From: a virus
Direction: 5' to 3' (one strand)
Length of the DNA stretch: 64,000 nt
IMG/VR virus record: IMGVR_UViG_3300045988_136451
The notes beneath the pieces were generated by a model. The model was given only the letters and a program-made list of their open reading frames with translations, made no database searches and was not told the origin of the DNA. How positions within the stretch are numbered: position 1 is the first letter of the stretch; each line of letters begins with the position of its first letter. The position numbers were made by a program, and so were the translations under genes. Below are positions 28,806 through 38,436 of this stretch, one piece after another.

Positions 28806-31155
28806 GGACTTCGCATCCTATCTCCTTGTAGCTGCTGCCGTCGCTTAGTATGTACGGCTTCACGCTGTACTCGACCTCGCTGTTCATCAGCGTGGCGCTC
28901 GACTGCTCCAACCGCAGCGCGTTCTTTCCGCTAATTATACAGTCTTCAACGGTGAACCCGTCGCAATCGTAGAGGTACACGCCGGTGTCCACCGCCCGGT
29001 AAGAGTAGTAGACGGTGTTGGAAAGCTCGGAGACGGTGCCCTGCTTGTCTATCGCCCCTATGCGGAACGCGTTGTCCTTCGAGGAAAGGGCGGTCTCCAT
29101 GAACACGACGGTGCCGTAGCTCGCCTTGCCCTTGCGCCAATCCGTCGCCGCCAGACCGTTCACGTAGATTCGGTACTTGTAGTACGTTCCGTCGTCCGTC
29201 CACGGCGCGCCCTCGCTCGCCGGGTTGAAGGCGAGTATCGCCTTCGAGCTGTCGGTTGACGAGCGCGTGACCGTGAGCAGCACCGGCGGCTTCACGTGCG
29301 GCGGGTTGTACTGGTACTCCACGCGCCCCGGCACGCTGGCCCAGTCGTTGTACGCCGTGACCGTGAAGGTCGTCAGCTCGACCTCGAACCAATCGACGGC
29401 CAGCGTGTAGTCGGTCTGCCCGCTCACGTATTGGACGGTGAACGAGCGCGAGTTCACGTTGTTGGTTATCACGAACCGCGTGGGGGCAACGTCGATGATC
29501 GCGGAGAACGACAGCACCAGCTTCGTTATCTCCCGATCTTCGTAGTTGTTGTCCTGACGCGCGCGCACCCAGTTGAAGCCCATGGGAGGGCTTTTCAGCG
29601 TGAGGGTGGCGCTGTAGGGCGAGTATCGACCGGACACGGAGCTGTAGACGCGCGCCCTCACGTAATAGGTGAGGTACTGCGTCGTGAGCGAGCCGTTGAA
29701 CGATGTCCACGTGCTGTTGTTCGTCGAGTATTCGAGCTGCACGACCGAGCTGTAGGTGTTTCCAGCGTCGTTCTTCGACGATGCGGACAGCGACGTGCCG
29801 GAGCGCGAGCCTGTCGGGGTCGCCGGGGCGTAGAGGGTGCCGTACCCCGTGACGCTGCCGGAGTTCGCCGTGCCGCCCGTGCCGTACGCCTGCACGTACA
29901 CGCTGCCGGTCTTGCCCTTGATCGAGGAGGGCCAGCTGATCGAATAAGATGCGCCGGAAACCGCGCCCGAAGCGCTCGCCACCGTCTTGACCAGCGAGCC
30001 GCCAGCGTAGATTCTGAACCCCGTTCGCGGCTTCGACGCGGTTGGCGCGTTCGCCGAGAACGTGACGGTCGCCGTCGTGTCGGTGACCGACGAGAGCGAA
30101 AGGCCGTAGGGAGCGTCGGGCGCTACCGCGCCGTTCGCCAGCGAGACCGTCGATATGCTTCCCGCGAAGCCGTCGAGGTGCGCGTACGTCGCGTAGCTCG
30201 CTTTGTCGGAGCGCTTCCAAGCGGCGTAGCTCGACACCTGCACGAGGCTGAACTTCTTCGTCTCGTAGCCGCCCGTGGTGCTCCAAATGCTCGCGTTGCT
30301 GTAGGTCGCAACGCCGGGTTCCAGCTTCGCAAGCAGCTTCGCGCTGCCAGCGTTCAGCTTGCCGTTCGAGGAGACGGACACCGTTCCCTCGTAGATGTAG
30401 GTGTAGTAATCGGTGAGCGACTGGGTGTTCTTCCACGTGAACGTAGCCCCGAACGTGGTGTTCGCCTTGACCGAGAAGCCGGTGGGGGCGCTCGGCCTCG
30501 TCAGGAGCGCAACGGTCTGCGACAGCTTCCAAGAGCCTGTCTTGCCGTACGTCGCTATCCTTCGAGAGCTGACGTTGCCGTTCGCGCTCACGCTGTTCGT
30601 CCACGGGTTGGCGCTGATCTGCGAGCCAGACCATCCCGGAGATGCCGCGTCGCTGCCGAACACGGCAACGTCAACGTTCGTCTGCGTGGCGGGTGCCTGC
30701 GCGGTCGAATGCGTGTCGTACGCAAGGCTCTCGCTCGTGCCGTTCGACGACGTGTACGACGTGATCGTCGGGGTCGCCTGCGTCGCCCAAGTAGCGTCGA
30801 AGTAAGTCCTGAAGTCGGGAATATCGACGGAGCCTGTCACGTTCGACGAGCCGGAAACGCCGCCGTCGCAGAACGTCGTGTAGTAGTCGGCATCGTAGCC
30901 GGGGTACAGCGTCACGCTCCACGTCTGGCTCCCGCTGCCAGCCTCGGTGTTGCTCCACGAGAACCGATGGGAGTTCCCGCCGATGGTGACGTTCACGTAC
31001 CTCTCGTCGGAGTAGAGCCACGCGTTGTAGGTCTCGTAGTAGGCCGTGACCCTGAACGTGACTGCGGTGCCGGAGCGGGACGTGACCGACGTATCGACGT
31101 AGAAGCGAACGCCCCATCCTCCCTTGTTGTACGCAGACCAGCCGGAGTTAGCCAT
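28795..31155 (-). CDS. Ser/Thr-rich repeat protein with fibronectin-III-like modules (786 aa), possible fibre or depolymerase body
   Basis: Track ORF whose ATG overlaps the stop of the upstream beta-helix fragment (ATGGCTAA). Confidence 0.4.
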   Translation of the reverse strand: MANSGWSAYNKGGWGVRFYVDTSVTSRSGTAVTFRVTAYYETYNAWLYSDERYVNVTIGGNSHRFSWSNTEAGSGSQTWSVTLYPGYDADYYTTFCDGGVSGSSNVTGSVDIPDFRTYFDATWATQATPTITSYTSSNGTSESLAYDTHSTAQAPATQTNVDVAVFGSDAASPGWSGSQISANPWTNSVSANGNVSSRRIATYGKTGSWKLSQTVALLTRPSAPTGFSVKANTTFGATFTWKNTQSLTDYYTYIYEGTVSVSSNGKLNAGSAKLLAKLEPGVATYSNASIWSTTGGYETKKFSLVQVSSYAAWKRSDKASYATYAHLDGFAGSISTVSLANGAVAPDAPYGLSLSSVTDTTATVTFSANAPTASKPRTGFRIYAGGSLVKTVASASGAVSGASYSISWPSSIKGKTGSVYVQAYGTGGTANSGSVTGYGTLYAPATPTGSRSGTSLSASSKNDAGNTYSSVVQLEYSTNNSTWTSFNGSLTTQYLTYYVRARVYSSVSGRYSPYSATLTLKSPPMGFNWVRARQDNNYEDREITKLVLSFSAIIDVAPTRFVITNNVNSRSFTVQYVSGQTDYTLAVDWFEVELTTFTVTAYNDWASVPGRVEYQYNPPHVKPPVLLTVTRSSTDSSKAILAFNPASEGAPWTDDGTYYKYRIYVNGLAATDWRKGKASYGTVVFMETALSSKDNAFRIGAIDKQGTVSELSNTVYYSYRAVDTGVYLYDCDGFTVEDCIISGKNALRLEQSSATLMNSEVEYSVKPYILSDGSSYKEIGCEVHGI

Positions 31156-31615
31156 GGTTTCCCCTCAACGTCATGCGGTATATGCCGGAGCGCGAGCCGC
31201 TTACCGACAGTATGGCGGAATCTTCCCCGGCCTTCTGCTTCAGAACGGTGTGCTCCTTGCTCTGACCTTCGAGCGACACGTTCCCGCTCACGACGATGCG
31301 CGTCACGACGTACACGCCGATGGAGAACTCGACTATCCCGCCGCCGAATCCCTCAACGTAGTCGATGGCCGACTGTATCGCCAGCGTGTCGTCGGCTATG
31401 CCGTCGCCCTTCGCGCCGAAGTCGGCGACGGACGCGTGGCGAAGCCCCGATTCGTACGCCGAAACGCTTATGGGGAGGGCGGACAGGTCGTTGCCCATCG
31501 CTATCGACAGGTAGTCGTCGTACGGCATCGACACCGAGGCGTTCGGGGCTATCGACTTGTCCCCGACCTGAATGCGGTAGTTCGCCAAGTTGCGTATTTC
31601 CATGAAACGAAGCAC
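31148..31615 (-). CDS. Pectate-lyase-like beta-helix N-terminal fragment (155 aa)
   Basis: Carries FGAKGDGIADDTLAIQSAIDY, a hallmark of the pectate lyase and tailspike superfamily. It is too short to form a complete beta-helix and continues in another frame as 28795..31155. Confidence 0.4.
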   Translation of the reverse strand: MLRFMEIRNLANYRIQVGDKSIAPNASVSMPYDDYLSIAMGNDLSALPISVSAYESGLRHASVADFGAKGDGIADDTLAIQSAIDYVEGFGGGIVEFSIGVYVVTRIVVSGNVSLEGQSKEHTVLKQKAGEDSAILSVSGSRSGIYRMTLRGNHG

Positions 31616-31700
31616 TGGCCGCCCTTTGCCCTTCTCTCGCTTTTACCCGATAATTGTACTCAAAACAAGGTCGCTCGGATAGCGGCCCGGAAGGAGCGCC

Positions 31701-32048
31701 ATGAAGTACAGGGTTGACGATATATTCGCAACGCCGAGCGAGCAGGCGCGCGGCCTCATGTTCAGGGAGGACTATCCGGAGGACGCTTGCGCCGCGTTCC
31801 TCTACCACGACGAGCCGCGCGTGCTGTCGTTCCACGGGCGCAACTGCCTGTTCCCGATCATCGCGGCGTTCTTCAGGAAGGACTTGACGCTCGACTGCTG
31901 GCACGTCCTCGAACCCGACGGGGAACCGGCCTCGTCGGTCGGCGAATGCTCCCTCGTCGTCGAGGTCAAGGCGACCGAGCGCAACATCGCGGTCGTCTCG
32001 CAGTGCGTGAGGGCCGCAATCGACAAGAACTGCATATCCCTCCTGTAA
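31701..32048 (+). CDS. Small plus-strand moron, DUF192-like (115 aa)
   Basis: The only plus-strand gene in the 0-50 kb block. Motifs GLMFRE and NCLFPIIAAFF are present, and the gene has its own terminator. Confidence 0.3.
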   Translation: MKYRVDDIFATPSEQARGLMFREDYPEDACAAFLYHDEPRVLSFHGRNCLFPIIAAFFRKDLTLDCWHVLEPDGEPASSVGECSLVVEVKATERNIAVVSQCVRAAIDKNCISLL

Positions 32049-32054
32049 AACGAA

Positions 32055-32074
32055 AGAGGCCCCTCACGGGGCCT
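32055..32074. terminator. Bidirectional hairpin terminator GAGGCCCCTCACGGGGCCTC
   Basis: Lies between the convergent genes 31701..32048 (plus) and 32092..32469 (minus). A T-rich tract follows the hairpin on the minus strand. Confidence 0.5.
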
Positions 32075-32091
32075 CTCGCTGCCTCTTACGG

Positions 32092-32469
32092 CTATTCTTT
32101 CTTCGCGTGCTTCGCCTCGCCAACGTCCTCGGCCTCGCCGCCGATGGGCAGCTCCGCCTTGTCGTCGCTTGTGAAGTGAAAGAACTTGTCGAGCCATTCG
32201 TCTGTAACGCCAATCGCCTTGAACAGGTTGTAAGCCGCCTGAACTCCGCCCACCACGGCGGCCACCCAGAGCACGAACGTCTCCGGTGTCGGCGCTCCGC
32301 TGATGAAGGCGGTGAAAACGCCAGCGGCCAGCGATATGACCACGGCTATCGTCCAGTTGACCTTCTTAGACCAACCGCCGCGCTTGACGAGCTGAACGAC
32401 ATAGGGCAGGAAAAGCGAGAAGAACACGGCAGCGATAGCCGGAACCCACGCCTCGAAACCCTCGAACAT
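32092..32469 (-). CDS. Small membrane protein, holin-like (125 aa)
   Basis: Three hydrophobic segments and a charged C-terminus. Confidence 0.3.
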   Translation of the reverse strand: MFEGFEAWVPAIAAVFFSLFLPYVVQLVKRGGWSKKVNWTIAVVISLAAGVFTAFISGAPTPETFVLWVAAVVGGVQAAYNLFKAIGVTDEWLDKFFHFTSDDKAELPIGGEAEDVGEAKHAKKE

Positions 32470-32539
32470 AGCGTCTCCTCTCTTCGGGGTCTTTCCGCCC
32501 CGCCTCGCGGGGCCTTCGGGACATTATACGCCGAAGCCG

Positions 32540-35527
32540 CTACAGGCCGCCACACCACGGCCTCCCGGCCCATCCGTCGGTGAGGCCCATCTGCCTCTCG
32601 AACTCCATGGAGCGCTCGAAGTAGAACTGCTCCTTCGCAAGGTTCTCCCTCATGCCGACCTCCGGCATGTAGCCGCCCTGCGCCGCGCCGGTGATGCGCA
32701 GCAGGGTTCCCTCTCCAAGCGCCTCGACCTGATCTGACAGGAGGTTCACGCACACCGTCGAAACGCAGTCCGCCATGTCGTTGTGACAGTTTCCGGAAAT
32801 GAGAATCTTGCCGTTCCTGCGCGTGACAAGCGTTCCATTTTGAACCTCGAAGCAATACACCATGCCGTCGTATCGGCTTATATCGACCTTACTTCTCTCA
32901 ACCGCCGATTCTTTGCGACCGAGAAGGCATATTTCGTGAAATTCCCCGCCCGACGGCGTTTTGCAATCATAGTATGACGTTGCGGTTCCGTTTGTCATAA
33001 ATACGGCCTGCATCGCATCGGCAACGCCCTTGTCCTTTATCCCCGCTCTGATGTAAGCGTTCTTGTCCTTGCTAAAGGTGCCGTCTCCATGCAGGAAGCC
33101 ATCTATGAAGCAGTCCTGCTCCTTCTTGCCCCATTCCACGAAAATCTCCGAAGGTATTGCAAGGTCACCAGCTCCATCGAAAAACCTTTCCAGCGTCCAG
33201 TCTGCAAGCCATTTGCTATACACCTTGTATTCGTATAGCACTTTCCTCTGATATCCGCTTTTCTTGCACTCTCGTTTAGACCACTCGAAGCCAGACCCAT
33301 CAAGAGCCGCCTCGATATACACGATTCCATCTTCCTTCGACTGCGAGATTATAAAAACTCCATCACGCCGAAGCGCAATCTTTCCGCCATCCGCCAACCA
33401 GAAACCGACGATCCTTGCAAAGCAGCCGAAATCAACTCCGCTCGGAAGATCGACCAAAGCACCTGCATTCCCGTTTTCACCACACCTTGGGATGAAGAAC
33501 TTAGACCGATTGGCCAAGATGCCATCAATAGGGGACTTCATAAGCTCAGTCATCTTCCCGTGGTTGCACAGCCTGTACAGCATCCTATGATTCGGTGTCA
33601 CCTTGAAATCGACAAGACGGTTCGAGTATCCGTACATTTCGCCATGGTACTCGTATGCGATTTTCCTGATCGGCTGCTGCCACTCGATCTTGCCGTCCTT
33701 TGAATACGTTGCGACGCGTCTGCCCATGACGGCATCTTTGAACAGAACCCATCCATCCTCCGTCAAAACCTCCGTTGCGGCATCGTGACATACGTCGCCC
33801 GTCTCCGGGTGGTCTACCTTCTTGCCGTTCTTCAGGATGAGGAACTTCAGCTCCTTCTCCAACATGCACACCTCGCCGAGACCCAGTATGTCGTCTATCA
33901 CGAACGGGGCGTGAACCCATCCTTGGTAGAGGGCCTGCTTGAACCGCTCCCAGCGCTTCATGTTCTTCTTCTCGGTGGCGGTGTCCTCCTCGATGACGAC
34001 CGAGCCGTTGAGGAACGTCCCCATCGTCCTCTCCAAGTTCAGCGTGTCGATGAGCGACGCGCTCTGGTACTGGTCGAACGTGCAGCGGACGATGTTGAAC
34101 AGCTTCAGGTACTCGATGATCTGCTTCTGCACGACCGTGTAGTTGATGCGCCGAACGCCGTGCTCGTCGGGAGGGAAGTCCTTCGCTTGGAAAATCTTCT
34201 GCACGTCGATGAAGGCGTGGAAGAAGCCGTCCTCGCACAGCTCCTTGTGGCCGATTGCTATGCAGAAGTTGTCGTTCACGCGCCCAGCGTCGCAGTGCAT
34301 GACGTACTGGCGGTCGATGCGCCCGTGCCTAGCCGGGACGTTCGCGTTGCCCTGAAGGTCTGGGTACGCGTTGAACATCTTCTCAACCATGTCGGGGTTC
34401 AGGTACGCGTCCTGCGACTTGGCGAACTGCGCGCGGTACTCAACCCTGAACTTCTCCGGGTCGCGCTCCTCCTCCATGGCGAACGATTCGTCCTGCTCCG
34501 GAGGAAGCAGCAGGGGCTTGCCTATCGCCGGTACGTACTGGCCGTCCGTGAACAGCTCCCACGACGGCGCTTGCATGCAGAACATGTCGGGGTGCTTCGA
34601 GCTGCCGTCCTCGTCGCGCTCGAAGGCGTTCTTGAACAGCTTGTAGAACATGCCCACCTCCGACACGGGGGTGGACGGGACGACTATCATGGCCTCCTTG
34701 CCGACCTGACGCAGCGACGGCGTTAGGGCCTTCCAGATCGCCTCCGACGATGCCTTCAGGCCGTCGTCGCGACCGTAGGCGAACTCGTCGTACGCCTGTA
34801 TGATCGAGGCGTTGCCTCGCGCGGAATCGGGGTTGGCGGCCTTCGGCTCGACGAGAAGCGATGCCCTGCGCCTTATGTTCTTCCTGATGCCCGATTCGAT
34901 CTGCCGCATCTCCTCGCGCTCGTTGAACACCTTGTCCGCAGCCGTTTCCAGCTTTATCGCGGTCTCGGACAGCGAGCTAGTCCACGGGTCGAACCACGAG
35001 CACTCTATGATGGTGTTCAGGATGTCGAGGTACAGCGCGGACTTCGCTTGGCTGAACGTCGTCGCCATGACATCGACGTGCATCTCCTTGCCGTCCGGCA
35101 GGTGGAGGACGCGCTGGGGGTTGCCGAGCGAGAGCATCTGGGCCAGCTTGTAGTCGATGAGGTGCGACACGGTGAAGCCCTTTGAGCCGCGTCGCCCGAG
35201 GCAGAAGATGTTCTCGCGGAAGTGCTTGTATCCGCGCTTCTTCAGCCACTCGATGCGGTCGAAGATGTCGAGCGGAATCTTCACCGGGCCGCCGTTGCGC
35301 GTGCTCTCGCGCCACCCTTCTATCACTTGGAAGTCGTACCGGTTCATCTGGTCGATCTCCAAGAAGATGATCTTCATGAGCGTCTTCTGGCGGGGGTACA
35401 GCGGTGTCCATTGCAGGGACGGCGTGTACATGTCGTAGAAGTCGCAGATCGGCGGGAGCCGTTCGAGCGCCAGCTTCGGGGCCGCCAGCGACGAGAAGAC
35501 ATCTATGCCGTGCTTGATCTCGCCCAT
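32540..35527 (-). CDS. terL: Terminase large subunit (about 661 aa outside the intein) interrupted by an intein
   Basis: Walker A-like motif GRRGSKG and Walker B-like motif IIQAYDEF. The intein is inserted in the C-terminal nuclease domain. Confidence 0.65.
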   Translation of the reverse strand: MGEIKHGIDVFSSLAAPKLALERLPPICDFYDMYTPSLQWTPLYPRQKTLMKIIFLEIDQMNRYDFQVIEGWRESTRNGGPVKIPLDIFDRIEWLKKRGYKHFRENIFCLGRRGSKGFTVSHLIDYKLAQMLSLGNPQRVLHLPDGKEMHVDVMATTFSQAKSALYLDILNTIIECSWFDPWTSSLSETAIKLETAADKVFNEREEMRQIESGIRKNIRRRASLLVEPKAANPDSARGNASIIQAYDEFAYGRDDGLKASSEAIWKALTPSLRQVGKEAMIVVPSTPVSEVGMFYKLFKNAFERDEDGSSKHPDMFCMQAPSWELFTDGQYVPAIGKPLLLPPEQDESFAMEEERDPEKFRVEYRAQFAKSQDAYLNPDMVEKMFNAYPDLQGNANVPARHGRIDRQYVMHCDAGRVNDNFCIAIGHKELCEDGFFHAFIDVQKIFQAKDFPPDEHGVRRINYTVVQKQIIEYLKLFNIVRCTFDQYQSASLIDTLNLERTMGTFLNGSVVIEEDTATEKKNMKRWERFKQALYQGWVHAPFVIDDILGLGEVCMLEKELKFLILKNGKKVDHPETGDVCHDAATEVLTEDGWVLFKDAVMGRRVATYSKDGKIEWQQPIRKIAYEYHGEMYGYSNRLVDFKVTPNHRMLYRLCNHGKMTELMKSPIDGILANRSKFFIPRCGENGNAGALVDLPSGVDFGCFARIVGFWLADGGKIALRRDGVFIISQSKEDGIVYIEAALDGSGFEWSKRECKKSGYQRKVLYEYKVYSKWLADWTLERFFDGAGDLAIPSEIFVEWGKKEQDCFIDGFLHGDGTFSKDKNAYIRAGIKDKGVADAMQAVFMTNGTATSYYDCKTPSGGEFHEICLLGRKESAVERSKVDISRYDGMVYCFEVQNGTLVTRRNGKILISGNCHNDMADCVSTVCVNLLSDQVEALGEGTLLRITGAAQGGYMPEVGMRENLAKEQFYFERSMEFERQMGLTDGWAGRPWCGGL
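32789..33790 (-). mobile_element. Intein with LAGLIDADG homing endonuclease (about 334 aa) in terL
   Basis: Begins CHDAATEVLTEDGWVLFKD. Motifs FARIVGFWLADGG and FIDGFLHGDGTF are present. Ends ISGN followed by C. Confidence 0.55.
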
Positions 35528-35528
35528 G

Positions 35529-35948
35529 CTACTGAAGCAGGTTGGTGTCCCAACCCATGTCCTTCATCTGCTTCGAGCTGTAGCGCTGCGCGTCGTACGC
35601 CTTGCGCTCGATGTCCACGCCCTCGTCGAGGTACGCCTGCTGGCGCTTGTCGAGGCGGCCCGTGACCGTCACGACCGGGTAGAAGGTCTCGGTCTCCCTG
35701 CCGGGGACGATGAGGCCGGCGACGGCCACCGGCTCCTTCTTCGATTCTATCCCTATGTAGCCGTCGAGGCCGAGCCTGTCGTGGAGGTAGGCGAGCGACC
35801 ACTTCAGCATGTCGGCAACCAAGTCGATCTTCTGCTTGCGGTCGTCGCAGGTGCGGCCTTCGTACCGCGCGGAGAAGTCCCGCTTGAACTGCTCTATGCG
35901 CCTCTGGTCGTCGGAGTTGATTCCCACGTTCGCCATTCTGTCCTCCAA
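35529..35948 (-). CDS. Putative terminase small subunit (139 aa)
   Basis: Called only from its position immediately upstream of terL. Confidence 0.25.
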   Translation of the reverse strand: MEDRMANVGINSDDQRRIEQFKRDFSARYEGRTCDDRKQKIDLVADMLKWSLAYLHDRLGLDGYIGIESKKEPVAVAGLIVPGRETETFYPVVTVTGRLDKRQQAYLDEGVDIERKAYDAQRYSSKQMKDMGWDTNLLQ

Positions 35949-35982
35949 AAGTGAAACGGCGCTCCCGCGCCAAGTCGATTCC

Positions 35983-36207
35983 CTATGACGGGCCGTTGCC
36001 CATGTACCGCTCCGTCCAGTCGCCTATCTCGTCGTCGCGGTTGGCGTAGCCCCCGCAGTTGCCGGAGTTCGGTTCGACGATCAGCTCCGGAACGTCGGCA
36101 TCGCAGGCGCAGCCGAAGAAGCAGACGGCGAAGTTGTTCACGCCGTCTATCCTCCTCCCGTGGAAGCACGAGAAGCACGACTGTTTCCTGTTGCCCGCCT
36201 TTTTCAA
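35983..36207 (-). CDS. Small Cys-rich protein (74 aa)
   Basis: Track ORF. Confidence 0.25.
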   Translation of the reverse strand: MKKAGNRKQSCFSCFHGRRIDGVNNFAVCFFGCACDADVPELIVEPNSGNCGGYANRDDEIGDWTERYMGNGPS

Positions 36208-36275
36208 ACCGCTCCTTCAAGAAAGCCCCGGCACGGATGCCGGGGCATAGTATCGCACAGAACAGCGCGCCGCCG

Positions 36276-37367
36276 CTACACCTCGTCTATCAGGATGGCG
36301 TCGCAGTTGTTGCATCGGTGCTCCTTGTGAGACTTCACCACGACGTAACCGGCGAGGCGCTGTAGCTTGCGCACGCTGTTGGGCTTGATCTCGGCGATGA
36401 AGCAGCTCGACGTGATGAGGTCGATAAGCTCGCCGGTCGTCCCGTGCTCGCCCGCCGACGTGCCGAGGCGGTATTCGTCGAAGCACGTGAGCGACGTTGC
36501 GCGCACGCGGGCGGGCAGTCCGTGCTCGGAGTACATGTGCATGATGCGCTTGCGCATGCGCGGTATCTCCTCGCCGTAGACCTCCCTCATGGTGTACGCG
36601 AGGCCTTCCAAGCTGTCAACGGCGTTCTCGACCTTCTCGCCGATGACGCGGAGGATGTCGTCGTACGATAGGTCGCGGATGTTGATCGGGTCTAGGTAGT
36701 CGTCGCACTCGATGATGCCGCAGCTCGCCTCGTTGAGGAAGATCGGGGACACCTCCGGCGCTTGGAACTTGCGCTTGTGTACGAAGCGGATGCCAGCCAT
36801 GTAGGTCTCCCCCACGTCGTAGCGCTTGTCGGGGATGAGGATGTCGATCTGGGTGTGCCCCAGCGAGCTGTCGGTTCGGATGATCTGGGCGCTTCCGCCG
36901 ACCTTCTCGTAGAGCACCTTCAGGCAGTCCACGAAGTCGATGTTCTGGCGCTTCGCCTCGCCGAACTCGACGAGGTTGGGGGTCGTCTCGTCGCCGGAGC
37001 GGCGCGTTCCGAGCGCGAACTTCCTGTCGCCCTCCTTCTTCAGCCAGTAGTTGATGTTGTCGGCCCGCATGTCAGGCCCCAAGCGCACGAGGTACGGCAC
37101 GGGAATCTTCAGCAGCGCGCCGATCTTGTCGTAGCACGCGATGTGCCCGACCAGATCAAGCTTCTCCTCGCCCATGGCGTTCTTGCCCACGAGGTACATG
37201 TCCTCGTTCTTCACGCGCATCTCGCTCCCGAGCGCTTCGGAGCGCTCGACCGCATCGTAGGCCTTCTTGGCGCGCTCGTAGGCCTGCCTGACCGTGATGA
37301 TCTCCTTGCCAGCCTCGTTCACGTACTCCTCTATCGTCTTGCCGAGGTCTGTGTATGCGTCTGCCAT
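36276..37367 (-). CDS. Hypothetical protein (363 aa)
   Basis: Track ORF. Confidence 0.35.
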   Translation of the reverse strand: MADAYTDLGKTIEEYVNEAGKEIITVRQAYERAKKAYDAVERSEALGSEMRVKNEDMYLVGKNAMGEEKLDLVGHIACYDKIGALLKIPVPYLVRLGPDMRADNINYWLKKEGDRKFALGTRRSGDETTPNLVEFGEAKRQNIDFVDCLKVLYEKVGGSAQIIRTDSSLGHTQIDILIPDKRYDVGETYMAGIRFVHKRKFQAPEVSPIFLNEASCGIIECDDYLDPINIRDLSYDDILRVIGEKVENAVDSLEGLAYTMREVYGEEIPRMRKRIMHMYSEHGLPARVRATSLTCFDEYRLGTSAGEHGTTGELIDLITSSCFIAEIKPNSVRKLQRLAGYVVVKSHKEHRCNNCDAILIDEV

Positions 37368-37371
37368 CTCC

Positions 37372-37806
37372 CTAGCCTTCCTTCGATTGTCTCTCTATGG
37401 TCTCGACGGCGACAGCCGCCTTCCTCGCGGAGTTCATCATGTCGGCGTAAAGCCCTCCGCGCGAAACGCCCATGCTCTCCGGCGTGAGCTGCGCCACCAC
37501 GTTGACCGTCCCGACGGGGACGAGCAGGCAGCTAACGCCAGCGCCCACCATCGCGTCGCTTATCGCGCCGACGGCCTCTTGGCCGATGTCCGCGCTCACC
37601 TCGACGACGTAGGTGGGCCTGCCTATGTCGTTCTGAAGCTCCATGACGCGCTCGACGTACTCCGCCGCCGCCCCGACGGCATCGAACCCGGCCTTGTCGG
37701 CGACGTACTCCGCAAGCGCCGCCCTGTCCCACACGACGCATCCGCCCTGCGGCTCCCGCCGTGGTGCCTCGTCGCGCTCCTCGCGCCTCCTACGGAACAA
37801 GCCCAT
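37372..37806 (-). CDS. Hypothetical protein (144 aa)
   Basis: Track ORF. Confidence 0.3.
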   Translation of the reverse strand: MGLFRRRREERDEAPRREPQGGCVVWDRAALAEYVADKAGFDAVGAAAEYVERVMELQNDIGRPTYVVEVSADIGQEAVGAISDAMVGAGVSCLLVPVGTVNVVAQLTPESMGVSRGGLYADMMNSARKAAVAVETIERQSKEG

Positions 37807-38113
37807 GCGGCACCTCGCCTTCTATCTCCTTGAACATGTCGAGCGCCATGGAGAGCGCCTTGCGCGACGGGTTGCCGAACTCGTCGCCGTCGGGAACCGC
37901 CCAAGCTGGCGCGGACATGTCGATAGGCTCGCACCGCCTCTTGCACGGGTACCACTTCCGGTCGATGCGGACGCTGAAGGTGAACTCCCATTCGGCCCCC
38001 AAGTCATCGTAGCCGATCAGGATGCCGTCCGCGCCGTCCGTCTTGACGCAGTTGCGCCACCCGTTCACCAGAGAGCGCTCGACGAGCGCGGAAAACCTCT
38101 CGAAGTCGTTCAT
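37790..38113 (-). CDS. Hypothetical protein (107 aa)
   Basis: Track ORF. Confidence 0.3.
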   Translation of the reverse strand: MNDFERFSALVERSLVNGWRNCVKTDGADGILIGYDDLGAEWEFTFSVRIDRKWYPCKRRCEPIDMSAPAWAVPDGDEFGNPSRKALSMALDMFKEIEGEVPHGLVP

Positions 38114-38436
38114 GCGAACACCTCCTCGTCCGCCATGCCGCCGCTGGCGACGTGAACGCCCATGATTCCCTTCACGTTGTCGGAGACTATGGCGTTGATC
38201 TCATCGACGGCCTGCGGGTCGTCGGCGTGCGAGGATGCCATCGACCGGAACTTCTCCCTAGCCGCCTCCTCGCGGTTGGCAGCGTCGGCGGACTTGACTT
38301 CGAGCGCCCGAATCGTCTCCGCGAGCGACGCTATCCTGCCCTCGCACTCCGAGCACTCGTCGAACGCCTCGCGCCATTCCTGCATGACCTTGGTGATCGC
38401 GCTCCGCGAAGCGCCGTCAAGACCGGGCATCGTCAC
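38110..38436 (-). CDS. Hypothetical protein (108 aa)
   Basis: Track ORF. Confidence 0.3.
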   Translation of the reverse strand: MTMPGLDGASRSAITKVMQEWREAFDECSECEGRIASLAETIRALEVKSADAANREEAAREKFRSMASSHADDPQAVDEINAIVSDNVKGIMGVHVASGGMADEEVFA

